Shown: positions 17,227 to 26,640 of the stretch, piece by piece
How positions within the stretch are numbered: the first letter of the stretch is position 1
Layout: every line of letters starts with the position of its first letter
Virus record (IMG/VR): IMGVR_UViG_2609459857_000004
Span: 1-31,179 of that record
DNA length: 31,179 bases
Strand: one strand, 5' to 3'
Origin: a virus
Lineage: Duplodnaviria > Heunggongvirae > Uroviricota > Caudoviricetes
Notes under the pieces: generated by a model
Databases searched by the model: none
What the model saw: the letters and a program-made list of their open reading frames with translations, nothing else
Told to the model about the DNA's origin: nothing
Position numbers and translations under genes: made by a program

Positions 17227-17491
17227 CCTTCCCGGATTGCTGAATGTGGCGTTATGCACGGTTATCGTGCTGACGCTCTTTTTTTATCGTCGTCGTGACT
17301 CCAGACACAAACCGCTGATGTCATGGCTGGCCTGGCTGCTGATGCTGCTGTATGCCTTTACGCCCCTCAGCTATCTGTGCGGTCGCCCGTTAGCGGCGAA
17401 CTGGCTGGCGGTGGGGCTTAATCTGCTGTTCTGCGTGCTGGTGATACGTGCACGCGGGAACGTTTCAAAAATCCTTTCATTCCGGAGGTGA
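17216..17491 (+). CDS. second lysis-cassette membrane protein (holin/antiholin-like)
   Basis: 91 aa from ATG 17216 with GGAGGAGG RBS; two hydrophobic helices and a charged C-terminus; overlaps neighbours on both sides. Confidence 0.5.
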   Translation: MLSNLPGLLNVALCTVIVLTLFFYRRRDSRHKPLMSWLAWLLMLLYAFTPLSYLCGRPLAANWLAVGLNLLFCVLVIRARGNVSKILSFRR

Positions 17492-17871
17492 GCATGTCGG
17501 GTAAATTCAGATTCAGTCGTCGCAGTGAAAAAAATCTGGGGGGCGTCAAACCACAGCTGGTTGCTGTCGTTCGCCGTGCCCTTGAGCTGACGGAGGTTGA
17601 TTTCGGTATTACGGAAGGCCTGCGCAGTAAGTATCGCCAGAAACAGCTGGTTGCAGAAGGTAAGAGCCAGACCATGAACAGCCGCCACCTGACCGGTGAT
17701 GCGGTGGATGTTGTGGCCTACGTTGGCAGCCAGGTGTCATGGGACTGGCCTCTGTACGAGAAAATCGCACAGGCATTTAAGCAGGCTGCCGCAGAGCTGG
17801 GAGTCGCCATCGAATGGGGCGGGGACTGGAAAACGCTGAAGGACGGGCCGCACTTCCAATTGAAACGCTGA
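17488..17871 (+). CDS. endolysin, peptidase M15-like (L-alanyl-D-glutamate peptidase type)
   Basis: 127-aa ORF overlapping the preceding gene; H...D...H signature (SRHLTGDAVD ... GPHF) recalled from M15/VanY-like endolysins. Confidence 0.6.
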   Translation: MSMSGKFRFSRRSEKNLGGVKPQLVAVVRRALELTEVDFGITEGLRSKYRQKQLVAEGKSQTMNSRHLTGDAVDVVAYVGSQVSWDWPLYEKIAQAFKQAAAELGVAIEWGGDWKTLKDGPHFQLKR

Positions 17872-17885
17872 TAGCCGGGCGAGTT

Positions 17886-18068
17886 ATGAGTCGAAAACAC
17901 TGGACACATAGAATGCCGCGAACGGCAGCGAAATGGGCACTGGTAGCGATACTGGTGCCTTTTTTATTGGTGGGATGCGTCAGCCTGGATAAGGCGCGCC
18001 AGCTTTTCGATACAGCTTCTCAGGTCTGTGAAATTGTCGACGGTGTCCGGCAGTGTATGCAGAACTGA
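17886..18068 (+). CDS. lysis-associated lipoprotein (spanin-like)
   Basis: 60 aa from ATG 17886; lipoprotein signal with LLVGC lipobox; follows the endolysin; no separate Rz-like ORF seen. Confidence 0.4.
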   Translation: MSRKHWTHRMPRTAAKWALVAILVPFLLVGCVSLDKARQLFDTASQVCEIVDGVRQCMQN

Positions 18069-18097
18069 TCGCCTGATAATTGTTTTACTAAGGAGAA

Positions 18098-18289
18098 ATG
18101 ATGGAATCGCCAATTATGAAATATTTCAATTATGAGCATCTTCCGACTTCGTTAAAGGAAGTGAGTAAGCCAATTGGTGATCTGGCAAGAGTAATGGATG
18201 AATCTTTGCCAGACGGTCCGGAAAAGTCGGCTGGGTTACGTAAATTGCTTGAAGCAAAAGATGCTCTGGTGCGAGCGAAACTGGGTTAA
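18098..18289 (+). CDS. hypothetical small protein
   Basis: 63-aa ORF with AAGGAGA RBS. Confidence 0.4.
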   Translation: MMESPIMKYFNYEHLPTSLKEVSKPIGDLARVMDESLPDGPEKSAGLRKLLEAKDALVRAKLG

Positions 18290-18298
18290 GGCATTACA

Positions 18299-18322
18299 GC
18301 AGCCCTTCAGCTGAGGGGCTGC
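18299..18322. terminator. near-perfect palindromic hairpin between convergent genes (no U-tract)
   Basis: GCAGCCCTTCAGC/GCTGAGGGGCTGC-type palindrome between the 18289 plus-strand stop and the 18332 minus-strand stop. Confidence 0.35.
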
Positions 18323-18331
18323 AATAATGCT

Positions 18332-18538
18332 TTAGTTGTCTTTCATAAATCCTTTAATGACCCATCCCACAAGCCTGGTGATGCTGTACACAAACAAGGC
18401 AATTATCAGAGATACAAGGATATCAAACAGTGAGAATCCTTGCGTATCCGTTGTTGAAAATAAAAGACTAAAGATGAACACCAGAATGGCCAACAGAATA
18501 CCTACCCGGTGAAAGCCTTTAGAAATCATGTTTTTCAT
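18332..18538 (-). CDS. small two-helix membrane protein (opposite-strand moron)
   Basis: 68-aa ORF with GGAGG RBS 7 nt upstream of ATG; two hydrophobic segments; only minus-strand gene in the late region. Confidence 0.5.
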   Translation of the reverse strand: MKNMISKGFHRVGILLAILVFIFSLLFSTTDTQGFSLFDILVSLIIALFVYSITRLVGWVIKGFMKDN

Positions 18539-18599
18539 TTGTCCTCCATATTTGTTTTTTTAAAGGGTGGGCATTTTAACATCAGAAGGGTGAAGTTCT

Positions 18600-18950
18600 A
18601 TGCCATCACGAATCCCCCGCACATGCCGTAAACGTGGATGTGCAGGTACAACCACAGACAGTTCTGGTTACTGCGATAAACATCGTGGTGAAGGATGGGC
18701 ACAGCATCAACGCGGACTGAGCCGCCACCAGCGCGGCTATGGCTCAAAATGGACGGTGATTCGTGCCCGTCTTCTGAAGCGCGATAAAGGTCTGTGTCAG
18801 TTGTGTCTGCGTGTCGGTGTGGTGAGCGAGGCGAAAACCGTCGACCACATCATCCCGAAAGCGCATGGCGGGACAGACGCAGACAGCAACCTGCAGAGTC
18901 TGTGCTGGCCCTGCCACAAAGCGAAAACAGCGCGTGAACGAATAAAGTGA
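18600..18950 (+). CDS. HNH endonuclease (packaging-associated)
   Basis: 116 aa; HNH motif DHIIPKAHGG...N...CWPCH; sits immediately upstream of the terminase genes. Confidence 0.8.
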   Translation: MPSRIPRTCRKRGCAGTTTDSSGYCDKHRGEGWAQHQRGLSRHQRGYGSKWTVIRARLLKRDKGLCQLCLRVGVVSEAKTVDHIIPKAHGGTDADSNLQSLCWPCHKAKTARERIK

Positions 18951-19096
18951 TAATTATTCTCACTTGTGGGGAGGGCGGGTCAAATCCCTGCAGCCCTGGC
19001 TGTCCGGGACCGCCCGCCAACCCTTCTTCGCATCGCCGCAGGTTCGAAAACTTTTTTTTGGGAATGCGATCAAACGATTGATAGGTAAAACCGATT
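18951..19096. other. candidate cos / packaging-site region
   Basis: GC-rich element with inverted GGCGGG...CCCGCC arms, then a T-run, between the HNH and small terminase genes. Confidence 0.3.
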
Positions 19097-19579
19097 ATGT
19101 CAGGACCCCCGAAAACCCCGCCACGCCTGCATTTGATACGAGGCAACCCCTCAAAGCGGCCAGTTAAAGACCCCAAAAAAACCGCTAAAAAGGATGAAAA
19201 AGGTCTCCCTAAAATTCCGCAACATTTAGGGGCGCAGGGGAAGTACTGGTTCAGGCGAATGGCGGAAGAGCTGAATGCGGAAGGGATCATTTCTCAGCTT
19301 GATGCGCGTGCACTCGAGTTACTGGTGGAAGCCTACACCGAATACCGGCATCACTGCGAAACACTCGATGTTGAGGGGTATACCTACCGCACGGAAACGC
19401 AGAATGGCGATGTGATGATCAAGGCACATCCGGCTGCGGCGATGAAAGCGGATGCCTGGAAGCGGATTCGGGCGATGCTTGCAGAGTTTGGTATGTCACC
19501 GGCAAGCCGGGCGAAAGTAAATATCGCCGGACCGGATGATGTTGATCCGCTGGCAGAGCTTTTAAAAGCGAGAGACTGA
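19097..19579 (+). CDS. terminase small subunit (P27-family-like)
   Basis: 160-aa basic ORF directly upstream of and overlapping the large terminase start. Confidence 0.65.
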   Translation: MSGPPKTPPRLHLIRGNPSKRPVKDPKKTAKKDEKGLPKIPQHLGAQGKYWFRRMAEELNAEGIISQLDARALELLVEAYTEYRHHCETLDVEGYTYRTETQNGDVMIKAHPAAAMKADAWKRIRAMLAEFGMSPASRAKVNIAGPDDVDPLAELLKARD

Positions 19580-21336
19580 TGGCAAAAGTGGCTGACGGGA
19601 TCCGCTACGCCGAACGTGTTGTTGCAGGAGAAATTGTTGCTGGCGAATTTGTCCGTCTGGCCTGCCAGCGTTTTCTTGATGATCTGAAGTACGGCGAAGA
19701 GCGGGGGATTTATTTCAGTGAACCCCGTGCGCAGCACATCCTGAATTTCTATAAATTTGTGCCCCATGTGAAAGGGGCGCTGGCAGGCCAGCCCATTGAG
19801 TTGATGGACTGGCATGTTTTTATCCTCATTAATATTTTTGGTTTTGTCATTCCGCTGGTGAATGAAGAGACCGGGGAAGTTGTCATGCGCAGCGATGGCA
19901 GCGGACGCCCGGTGATGGTGCGCCGGTTCCGGACAGCGTACAACGAAGTCGCCCGTAAAAACGCAAAATCAACCCTGTCATCGGGTATCGGTCTGTATAT
20001 GACGGGGGCAGATGGTGAAGGCGGGGCTGAGGTGTATTCAGCCGCAACCACGCGTGACCAGGCCAGAATCGTGTTTGAAGACGCCAAAAATATGGTCAGA
20101 AAAGCCCGGTCGACACTCGGGCGATTGTTTGATTTCAACAAGCTGGCGATTTACCAGGAGCAGAGCGCATCAAAATTTGAACCGCTTTCCTCGGATGCAA
20201 ACAACCTGGACGGTCTGAACATCCACTGCGCCATTATTGATGAGCTGCATGCACATAAAACCCGCGACGTGTGGGACGTTCTGGAAACGGCAACCGGTGC
20301 TCGTCTGCAGTCCCTGTTATTTGGTATCACCACGGCTGGCTTTAACAAGGAAGGGATTTGTTACGAGCAACGCGATTACGCCATCAAGGTATTGCGTGGC
20401 TATAACAGCGACGTGGAGGGCGCGGTAAAAGACGACTCCTACTTTGCGATTATTTACACCCTCGATGAGGGAGATGATCCGTTTGATGAAACGGTCTGGC
20501 AGAAAGCGAATCCCGGACTGGGCATCTGTAAACGCTGGGATGATCTGCGTCGTCTGGCGAAAAAAGCGAAAGAACAGGTCTCTGCGCGGGTGAATTTTTT
20601 TACCAAACACATGAATGTGTGGGTAACAGCAGAGTCTGCCTGGATGGACATGATTAAGTGGGAGAAGTGCGAATACATTGCCCCACGACATGAGCTGAAA
20701 ACGTATCCCATGTGGGTCGGCGTTGACCTTGCTCATAAGATTGATATCTGTGCGGCGGCAAAACTCTGGCGAACGGATAACGGGCATGTTCATGCCGATT
20801 TTAAATTCTGGCTTCCGGAAGGACGGCTGGAACGATGCTCGCGGCAGCAGGCAGAACTTTACCGGAAGTGGGCGGAGATGGATAAGCTCATCCTGACGGA
20901 TGGTGATGTTATCGATCATGCTCAGATAAAAAGTGACTTACTGGAATGGATTGGCGGTGAAAACCTCAGGGAACTGGGATTTGACCCGTGGAGTGCAATG
21001 CAGTTCAGTCTGGCTCTGGCTGAAGAAGGGATATCGCTGGTGGAAGTTCCGCAGACGGTCCGCAATCTGTCAGAGGCCATGAAGGAAACGGAATCACTGG
21101 TCTATGCCGGGCGTTTCCATCACAGCAATCACCCGGTCATGAACTGGATGATGTCTAACGTTACGGTAAAACCGGACAAAAACGACAATATCTTCCCGAA
21201 CAAATCCACGCCTGAAGCCAAAATCGACGGCCCTGTTGCGATGTTTACAGCAATGAGCCGGATGCTGGTCAATGGCGGTGAACCGGAGCCGGATCTGTCT
21301 GAACACCTGATTAGTGTTGGTATCCGCTCGCTTTAA
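19579..21336 (+). CDS. terminase large subunit
   Basis: 585-aa ORF with N-terminal ATPase-like and C-terminal nuclease-like regions; located between small terminase and portal. Confidence 0.85.
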   Translation: MAKVADGIRYAERVVAGEIVAGEFVRLACQRFLDDLKYGEERGIYFSEPRAQHILNFYKFVPHVKGALAGQPIELMDWHVFILINIFGFVIPLVNEETGEVVMRSDGSGRPVMVRRFRTAYNEVARKNAKSTLSSGIGLYMTGADGEGGAEVYSAATTRDQARIVFEDAKNMVRKARSTLGRLFDFNKLAIYQEQSASKFEPLSSDANNLDGLNIHCAIIDELHAHKTRDVWDVLETATGARLQSLLFGITTAGFNKEGICYEQRDYAIKVLRGYNSDVEGAVKDDSYFAIIYTLDEGDDPFDETVWQKANPGLGICKRWDDLRRLAKKAKEQVSARVNFFTKHMNVWVTAESAWMDMIKWEKCEYIAPRHELKTYPMWVGVDLAHKIDICAAAKLWRTDNGHVHADFKFWLPEGRLERCSRQQAELYRKWAEMDKLILTDGDVIDHAQIKSDLLEWIGGENLRELGFDPWSAMQFSLALAEEGISLVEVPQTVRNLSEAMKETESLVYAGRFHHSNHPVMNWMMSNVTVKPDKNDNIFPNKSTPEAKIDGPVAMFTAMSRMLVNGGEPEPDLSEHLISVGIRSL

Positions 21337-21347
21337 CCGAGGGCATT

Positions 21348-21530
21348 ATGTTTCTGATAATTCTCACGCCACTGGTGGGCGTGCTGGGGGCGCTTTTGCT
21401 GTCGTATGGCACATGGATGATTTATCCCCCGGCAGGTTTTGTTGTTGCCGGGGCGCTGTGTCTGTGCTGGTCGTGGCTGGTTGCGCGTTATCTCGATCGC
21501 GGTCACCGGGTCGCCTCCGGAGGTGAGTAA
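21348..21530 (+). CDS. small hydrophobic protein between terminase and portal
   Basis: 60-aa ORF, GAGGG RBS, stop overlaps the portal ATG (TAATG). Confidence 0.4.
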   Translation: MFLIILTPLVGVLGALLLSYGTWMIYPPAGFVVAGALCLCWSWLVARYLDRGHRVASGGE

Positions 21531-22771
21531 TGTTTTTCCAGGGGCTTTTTCAACGCAAAAATAACACCCCCGTCACAACGCCCGGGATGCTTGCGGAAGA
21601 ACTTGGATTGTCATACGACACCTATACCGGAAAGCGGATCAGCAGCCAGCGGGCCATGCGGCTGACGGCGGTCTATTCCTGCGTCAGGGTGCTGGCGGAG
21701 TCTGTTGGTATGCTGCCCTGCAGCCTCTACAAAATCACCGGTACCCTTAAAACACGGGCGGTGGATGAACGACTGCATAAGCTGGTTTCGGCAAAACCTA
21801 ATGGCTACATGACGCCGCAGGAATTCTGGGAGCTGGTCATTGTCTGCCTGTGTCTGCGGGGTAATTTTTACGCCTACAAGGTAAAGGCACTGGGGGAAGT
21901 GGTGGAGCTTCTTCCGATAGATCCGGGCTGTGTGGAACCGAAGCTGAACAGCCAGTGGCAGCCGGTTTATCAGGTGACGTTTCCGGATGGTTCCGTGGAT
22001 GTGCTGACCCAGAATGAAATCTGGCATGTGCGCACTCTGACGCTGGATGGACTTGTCGGGCTGAATCCCATTGCGTATGCGCGTGAGGCCATTTCACTGG
22101 CAGCGGCAACTGAGGAGCACGGCGCCAGGTTGTTTGGTAACGGCGCTGTGACATCCGGTGTGTTGCGTACGGATCAACAACTTTCTGATCAGGCTTATGC
22201 GCGTATCAAAAAGGACTTTGAGGAACGGCATGTCGGGCTGGGAAATTCTCATCGTCCGATGATTCTGGAAATGGGGCTGGACTGGAAAACGGTGGCACTG
22301 AATGCCGAGGACAGCCAGTTCCTGGAAACCCGCAAGTTTCAGCTGGAAGAAATCTGTCGCCTGTTCCGCGTACCGCTGCATATGGTGCAGAACACCGATC
22401 GCGCCACCTTCAACAATATTGAAGAGCTGGGGCTTGGTTTCATTAACTATTCCCTTGTGCCGTATCTGACCCGTATTGAACAGCGGATCAATACAGGGCT
22501 GGTCAGGGAGAGCAAACAGGGGAGGTTTTACGCCAAATTTAATGCCGGAGCATTGTTGCGTGGCGACATGAAATCCCGTTTTGAAGCGTATGCCACGGGG
22601 ATCAACTGGGGGATTTATTCCCCTAATGACTGCCGTGATCTGGAGGATATGAATCCCCGACCGGGCGGTGATGTGTATCTGACACCGATGAACATGACCA
22701 CCAGTCCCTCTGCTGGCGATGATAACGGTAAGAAAAAGGAGAGTGGAGATGCAGACAAAACAGCGTCTTGA
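21530..22771 (+). CDS. portal protein (HK97-family-like)
   Basis: 413-aa ORF with GGAGG RBS, positioned between terminase and prohead protease. Confidence 0.85.
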   Translation: MFFQGLFQRKNNTPVTTPGMLAEELGLSYDTYTGKRISSQRAMRLTAVYSCVRVLAESVGMLPCSLYKITGTLKTRAVDERLHKLVSAKPNGYMTPQEFWELVIVCLCLRGNFYAYKVKALGEVVELLPIDPGCVEPKLNSQWQPVYQVTFPDGSVDVLTQNEIWHVRTLTLDGLVGLNPIAYAREAISLAAATEEHGARLFGNGAVTSGVLRTDQQLSDQAYARIKKDFEERHVGLGNSHRPMILEMGLDWKTVALNAEDSQFLETRKFQLEEICRLFRVPLHMVQNTDRATFNNIEELGLGFINYSLVPYLTRIEQRINTGLVRESKQGRFYAKFNAGALLRGDMKSRFEAYATGINWGIYSPNDCRDLEDMNPRPGGDVYLTPMNMTTSPSAGDDNGKKKESGDADKTAS

Positions 22772-23399
22772 TATACCGCTGAACCTGAAATCCGTCAGTG
22801 ATTCCGGGGAATTTGAAGGTTACGGTTCTGTTTTTGGTGTTAAGGACAGCCACGATGATGTGGTGGTCCCCGGAGCCTTTACCACAACACTCCAGAAATG
22901 GAGCGAAAAAAAGGCGCTGCCTGCGTTGCTCTGGCAGCACCGCATGGATGAGCCCATCGGTGTGTACACCGAAATGAAAGAAGATGATGTCGGGCTTTAT
23001 GTCAGGGGACGATTACTCATTGATGATGATCCCCTGGCAAAACGTGCACATGCCCATATGAAGGCCGGTTCTTTAACCGGCCTTTCTATTGGCTACATCC
23101 TGAAAGACTGGGAGTACGACCGGGAAAAAGGGGTATTCCTGCTGAAAGAGATCGACCTGTGGGAGGTCAGTCTGGTGACGTTTCCTTCCAATGATGAAGC
23201 ACGCATCAGCGATGTGAAAAATGCGCTGGCGCGTGGGGAGATCCCTGATCAGAAAATCATTGAGCGGGTCCTGCGCGATGTTGGACTCTCGCGAACCCAG
23301 GCCAAAGCATTCATGGCCGGGGGATATGGCGCTTTATCCCTGCGTGATGCTGAGGATGTGGATGCCGCACTGAATGCACTGAAAAATCTTAAATTTTAA
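22749..23399 (+). CDS. prohead protease (HK97-family-like)
   Basis: 216 aa from ATG 22749 with AGGAGAG RBS; overlaps the portal 3' end and precedes the major capsid gene. Confidence 0.7.
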   Translation: MQTKQRLDIPLNLKSVSDSGEFEGYGSVFGVKDSHDDVVVPGAFTTTLQKWSEKKALPALLWQHRMDEPIGVYTEMKEDDVGLYVRGRLLIDDDPLAKRAHAHMKAGSLTGLSIGYILKDWEYDREKGVFLLKEIDLWEVSLVTFPSNDEARISDVKNALARGEIPDQKIIERVLRDVGLSRTQAKAFMAGGYGALSLRDAEDVDAALNALKNLKF

Positions 23400-23413
23400 C
23401 CAGGAGAAAAATA

Positions 23414-24637
23414 ATGGCTGACATTAAAGATGTGGAGCAGGTCGCGCAGGAGCTGCAGCAGAAGTTTGACGATTTTAAGGCAAAAAACGACAAGCGCATT
23501 GACGCGATCGAACAGGAAAAAAGCAAGCTGGCCGAACAGGTGGAAAGCCTGAACGGGCAAATCAGCGAGCTGGAGAACCTGAAAAGCGACCTGGAAAAAG
23601 AGCTGGCAGACATCAAGCGTCCGGCAGGCGGCACGCAAAATAAAGTTGCCGGTGAACACAAAGAAGCGTTTATCGGATTTATGCGCAAGGGGCGTGAAGA
23701 CGGTCTGCGTGAACTTGAACGTAAGGCGCTTCAGGTAGGTAATGATGAAGATGGTGGTTATGCCATTCCGGAAGAACTGGATCGTACCATCCTGACGCTG
23801 CTGAAAGATGAGGTGGTGATGCGCCAGGAAGCCACTGTGATCACCCTCGGTGGCTCGGATTATAAAAAACTGGTGAATCTGGGCGGCACTAAGTCCGGAT
23901 GGGTGGGGGAAACGGATACGCGTCCGGAAACCGCCACCTCAAAACTGGGGCTGATTGAACCCTTTATGGGGGAAATCTACGGCAACCCGCAGGCTACCCA
24001 GAAAATGCTCGATGATGCTTTCTTCAATGTGGAAGACTGGATCAACAGTGAACTGGCGCTGGAATTTGCCGAACAGGAAGAAATTGCCTTTACCAGTGGC
24101 GACGGCAGCAAAAAACCAAAAGGTTTTCTGGCTTATGAGTCCACCGATGAAGATGACAAGACCCGTGTGTTTGGCAAACTTCAGCACATTGCTTCCGGCG
24201 CGGCTTCTGGCGTGACCGCTGATGCGATCATTAAACTGATTTACACCCTGCGCAAGGCGCACCGCAGCGGCGCGAAGTTCATGATGAACAACAGCAGCCT
24301 GTTTGCCATTCGCCTGCTGAAGGATAACGACGGAAATTATCTGTGGCGTCCGGGTATTGAGCTGGGTCAGCCTTCTTCTCTGGCAGGGTATGGCATCGTT
24401 GAGAATGAGCAGATGCCGGATATTGCTGCCGATGCAAAAGCCATTGCGTTTGGTAACTTCAAACGCGGCTATACCATTGTTGATCGCATCGGTACCCGTA
24501 TCCTGCGTGACCCGTACACCAACAAACCGTTTGTGGGCTTTTATACCACCAAGCGAACCGGCGGTATGCTGGTGGATTCTCAGGCGATTAAGCTGATGAA
24601 AATTGGGGCTGCAACCCGCCAGAAAGCCGCTGCGTAA
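23414..24637 (+). CDS. major capsid protein (HK97-fold) with N-terminal coiled-coil delta domain
   Basis: 407 aa; N-terminal ~100 aa strongly coiled-coil, followed by a capsid body; strong RBS; terminator directly after the stop. Confidence 0.85.
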   Translation: MADIKDVEQVAQELQQKFDDFKAKNDKRIDAIEQEKSKLAEQVESLNGQISELENLKSDLEKELADIKRPAGGTQNKVAGEHKEAFIGFMRKGREDGLRELERKALQVGNDEDGGYAIPEELDRTILTLLKDEVVMRQEATVITLGGSDYKKLVNLGGTKSGWVGETDTRPETATSKLGLIEPFMGEIYGNPQATQKMLDDAFFNVEDWINSELALEFAEQEEIAFTSGDGSKKPKGFLAYESTDEDDKTRVFGKLQHIASGAASGVTADAIIKLIYTLRKAHRSGAKFMMNNSSLFAIRLLKDNDGNYLWRPGIELGQPSSLAGYGIVENEQMPDIAADAKAIAFGNFKRGYTIVDRIGTRILRDPYTNKPFVGFYTTKRTGGMLVDSQAIKLMKIGAATRQKAAA

Positions 24638-24650
24638 TGCGGTTTTTTTG
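24626..24650 (+). terminator. rho-independent terminator after the major capsid gene
   Basis: Stem GCCGC/GCGGT around the TAA stop, followed by 7 T; a second related hairpin (24651-24670) precedes the next RBS. Confidence 0.5.
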
Positions 24651-24682
24651 TGCCCGCGTAATGGCGGGCACAGGAGGAAAAT

Positions 24683-25006
24683 ATGCTCCTGAAAGAAGAG
24701 GAAATTAAATCTCACCTCCGGCTCGATGATGGTTTGTACAGTGACGGCGATTTTCTGAAATTGCTGGCACAGGCGGTACAGAAAAGAACAGAGACATACC
24801 TGAACAGGAAGTTGTATGCACCGGAAGAGACGATTCCGGAAGACGATCCTGACGGGATGCATCTGACTGATGATGTTCGTCTGGCAATGCTGATGCTGGT
24901 CAGTCATTTTTATGAAAATCGCTCAACGATCACCGATGTGGAGAAACTGGAAACGCCAATGAGTTTCAGATGGCTTGCTGGCCCTTACAGGATTGTCCCA
25001 CTATGA
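24683..25006 (+). CDS. head-tail connector protein (gp6-like)
   Basis: 107-aa acidic ORF with AGGAGG RBS, first gene after the capsid gene. Confidence 0.55.
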   Translation: MLLKEEEIKSHLRLDDGLYSDGDFLKLLAQAVQKRTETYLNRKLYAPEETIPEDDPDGMHLTDDVRLAMLMLVSHFYENRSTITDVEKLETPMSFRWLAGPYRIVPL

Positions 25007-25419
25007 AAATCAGGCAAAGTCAGACCAGTGCCACTTACCTTTTACCGGATCCCGGAGAGCTGAATCGCCGGATAAAGATCCGCCTTCGTGTGGATGAACC
25101 CACCGCTGATTTTGGTACGGAGCCAACGTATCCGGAGTCGTTTGATGTCTGGGCAAAGGTGGCTCAGCCAGGCGCTGCCGCTTATCAGGGCTCAGTGCAG
25201 ACAGAAAATATCGTTACGCATTATTTTACGATCCGTTTCCGTCACGACATCACGGCAGATCATGAGGTGGTTTATTACGGTCAGGAGTACCGGATCCGGC
25301 GAATACGCGACCTGAACGGTCAGCGGCGTTTTTTATTGCTGGAATGTGAAGAACTGCGTACAGCGCGACGACGGGGTGAATGCCATGAATCAGACAGCAT
25401 TTTTACACGTCGACTTTAA
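25003..25419 (+). CDS. head closure / head-tail joining protein
   Basis: ATG 25003 overlaps previous stop (ATGA); 138 aa; assigned by position in the head-completion cluster. Confidence 0.45.
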   Translation: MKIRQSQTSATYLLPDPGELNRRIKIRLRVDEPTADFGTEPTYPESFDVWAKVAQPGAAAYQGSVQTENIVTHYFTIRFRHDITADHEVVYYGQEYRIRRIRDLNGQRRFLLLECEELRTARRRGECHESDSIFTRRL

Positions 25420-25909
25420 ACAACCAAAGGAGCTGGAGTTTAATCGCGCCCGTCTGCGTCGGGCATTTGTGCAGATCGGGCGCGTTTACATGCGTGACGC
25501 CAGACGTCTGGTGATTAAACGCGGGCGTTCTGGCCCGGGAGAGAACCCGGGGTATCAGACCGGGCGTCTGGCCCGCTCCATCGGTTATTACGTTCCCAAA
25601 AAAACGACGCGTCGCCCCGGACTGATGGTGAAAATTTCCCCTGACCAGAAAAACGGGCAGGGGAATCGCCGTTTCCCTGAAGGCGCACCCTATTATCCGG
25701 CATTTCTGTATTACGGTGTTCGCCATTCAGCTTATGGAATGGATAAAAAGGATAAGCGGCAGAAGAAGCACCATTCTTCGACTTTTCGGCTGGCCCCGCG
25801 TAATAACTTTATGGCTGACGTTATTGAGCGGCGGCGTCACTGGACGCAGGAACTGTTGTCCCGTGAGTTGCAGCGTTCGTTACGTCCGGTAAAAAGGAAG
25901 CATAAATGA
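25385..25909 (+). CDS. tail completion protein (HK97 gp10-like)
   Basis: 174-aa very basic ORF from ATG 25385; overlaps both neighbours. Confidence 0.45.
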   Translation: MNQTAFLHVDFKQPKELEFNRARLRRAFVQIGRVYMRDARRLVIKRGRSGPGENPGYQTGRLARSIGYYVPKKTTRRPGLMVKISPDQKNGQGNRRFPEGAPYYPAFLYYGVRHSAYGMDKKDKRQKKHHSSTFRLAPRNNFMADVIERRRHWTQELLSRELQRSLRPVKRKHK

Positions 25910-26469
25910 AACTGACAACAATAATTGCGGCGTTGCGTGAGCGATGCCCGCGTTTTGAGAATCGTGTTGGTGGTGCGGCGCAGTTTAAGGCGATCCCTGA
26001 TGCCGGAAAACTGCGTCTGCCTGCTGCCTATGTTGTCCCCTCTGACGATGCGCCGGGGGAACAAAAATCACAGACCGATTACTGGCAGGATTTGACAGAA
26101 GGCTTCTCCGTTATTGTTGTGCTCAGCAATGAGCGTGATGAAAAAGGGCAGTGGGCAGCCTATGACGCCGTTCATGATGTCCGTAGAGAACTCTGGAAAG
26201 CCCTGCTTGGGTGGATGTCGGACCCGCAGGGGGGCGAGATTGTTTATGCCGGTGGCACCCTGCTGGATCTGAACCGTTACGAACTGTATTACCAGTTTGA
26301 TTTTACGGCGAAGCATGAAATCACGGAAGAAGACACGCGACAGGCAGAGGACGTGAATGCTCTGCCGGATTTATCCCTGCTGAGTATTGATGTGGATTAC
26401 ATCGATCCTGGTACTGGCCCGGATGGTGACTTTGAGCACCATCTGGAAATGCGTTTCCCTCAGAAATAA
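25906..26469 (+). CDS. tail-associated structural protein (tail terminator/completion-like)
   Basis: 187-aa ORF with AAGGAAG RBS, ATGA overlap with upstream gene, upstream of the sheath gene. Confidence 0.45.
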   Translation: MKLTTIIAALRERCPRFENRVGGAAQFKAIPDAGKLRLPAAYVVPSDDAPGEQKSQTDYWQDLTEGFSVIVVLSNERDEKGQWAAYDAVHDVRRELWKALLGWMSDPQGGEIVYAGGTLLDLNRYELYYQFDFTAKHEITEEDTRQAEDVNALPDLSLLSIDVDYIDPGTGPDGDFEHHLEMRFPQK

Positions 26470-26478
26470 GAGTCCTTC

Positions 26479-26640
26479 ATGTTTGTGAAACCCCTGAAAG
26501 GGCGGTCGGTTCCTGACCCTGCCCGTGGAGATCTTTTGCCTTCTGACGGGCGAAATGTGGAAGAAAACAGCTACTGGCTCCGCCGTATAGCGGCGGGTGA
26601 TGTGGTACGTGTTAAACAGGATAAGGCTAAAGAATCATGA
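26479..26640 (+). CDS. small protein preceding the tail sheath gene (DUF2635-like)
   Basis: 53-aa ORF below the track cutoff, translated manually (MFVKPLKGRSVPDPARGDLLPSDG...); stop overlaps the sheath ATG. Confidence 0.4.
   Translation: MFVKPLKGRSVPDPARGDLLPSDGRNVEENSYWLRRIAAGDVVRVKQDKAKES

Noticed and set aside
19384-22381. Antisense or alternative-frame ORFs within the terminase and portal genes (e.g. 20317-20919, 21611-22027)
   Set aside because: They overlap well-supported structural genes on the opposite strand or frame and have no RBS.
23939-24907. 322-aa minus-strand ORF overlapping the major capsid gene
   Set aside because: Antisense to the capsid gene within a uniformly plus-strand late operon; unusual H/Q/C-rich composition.
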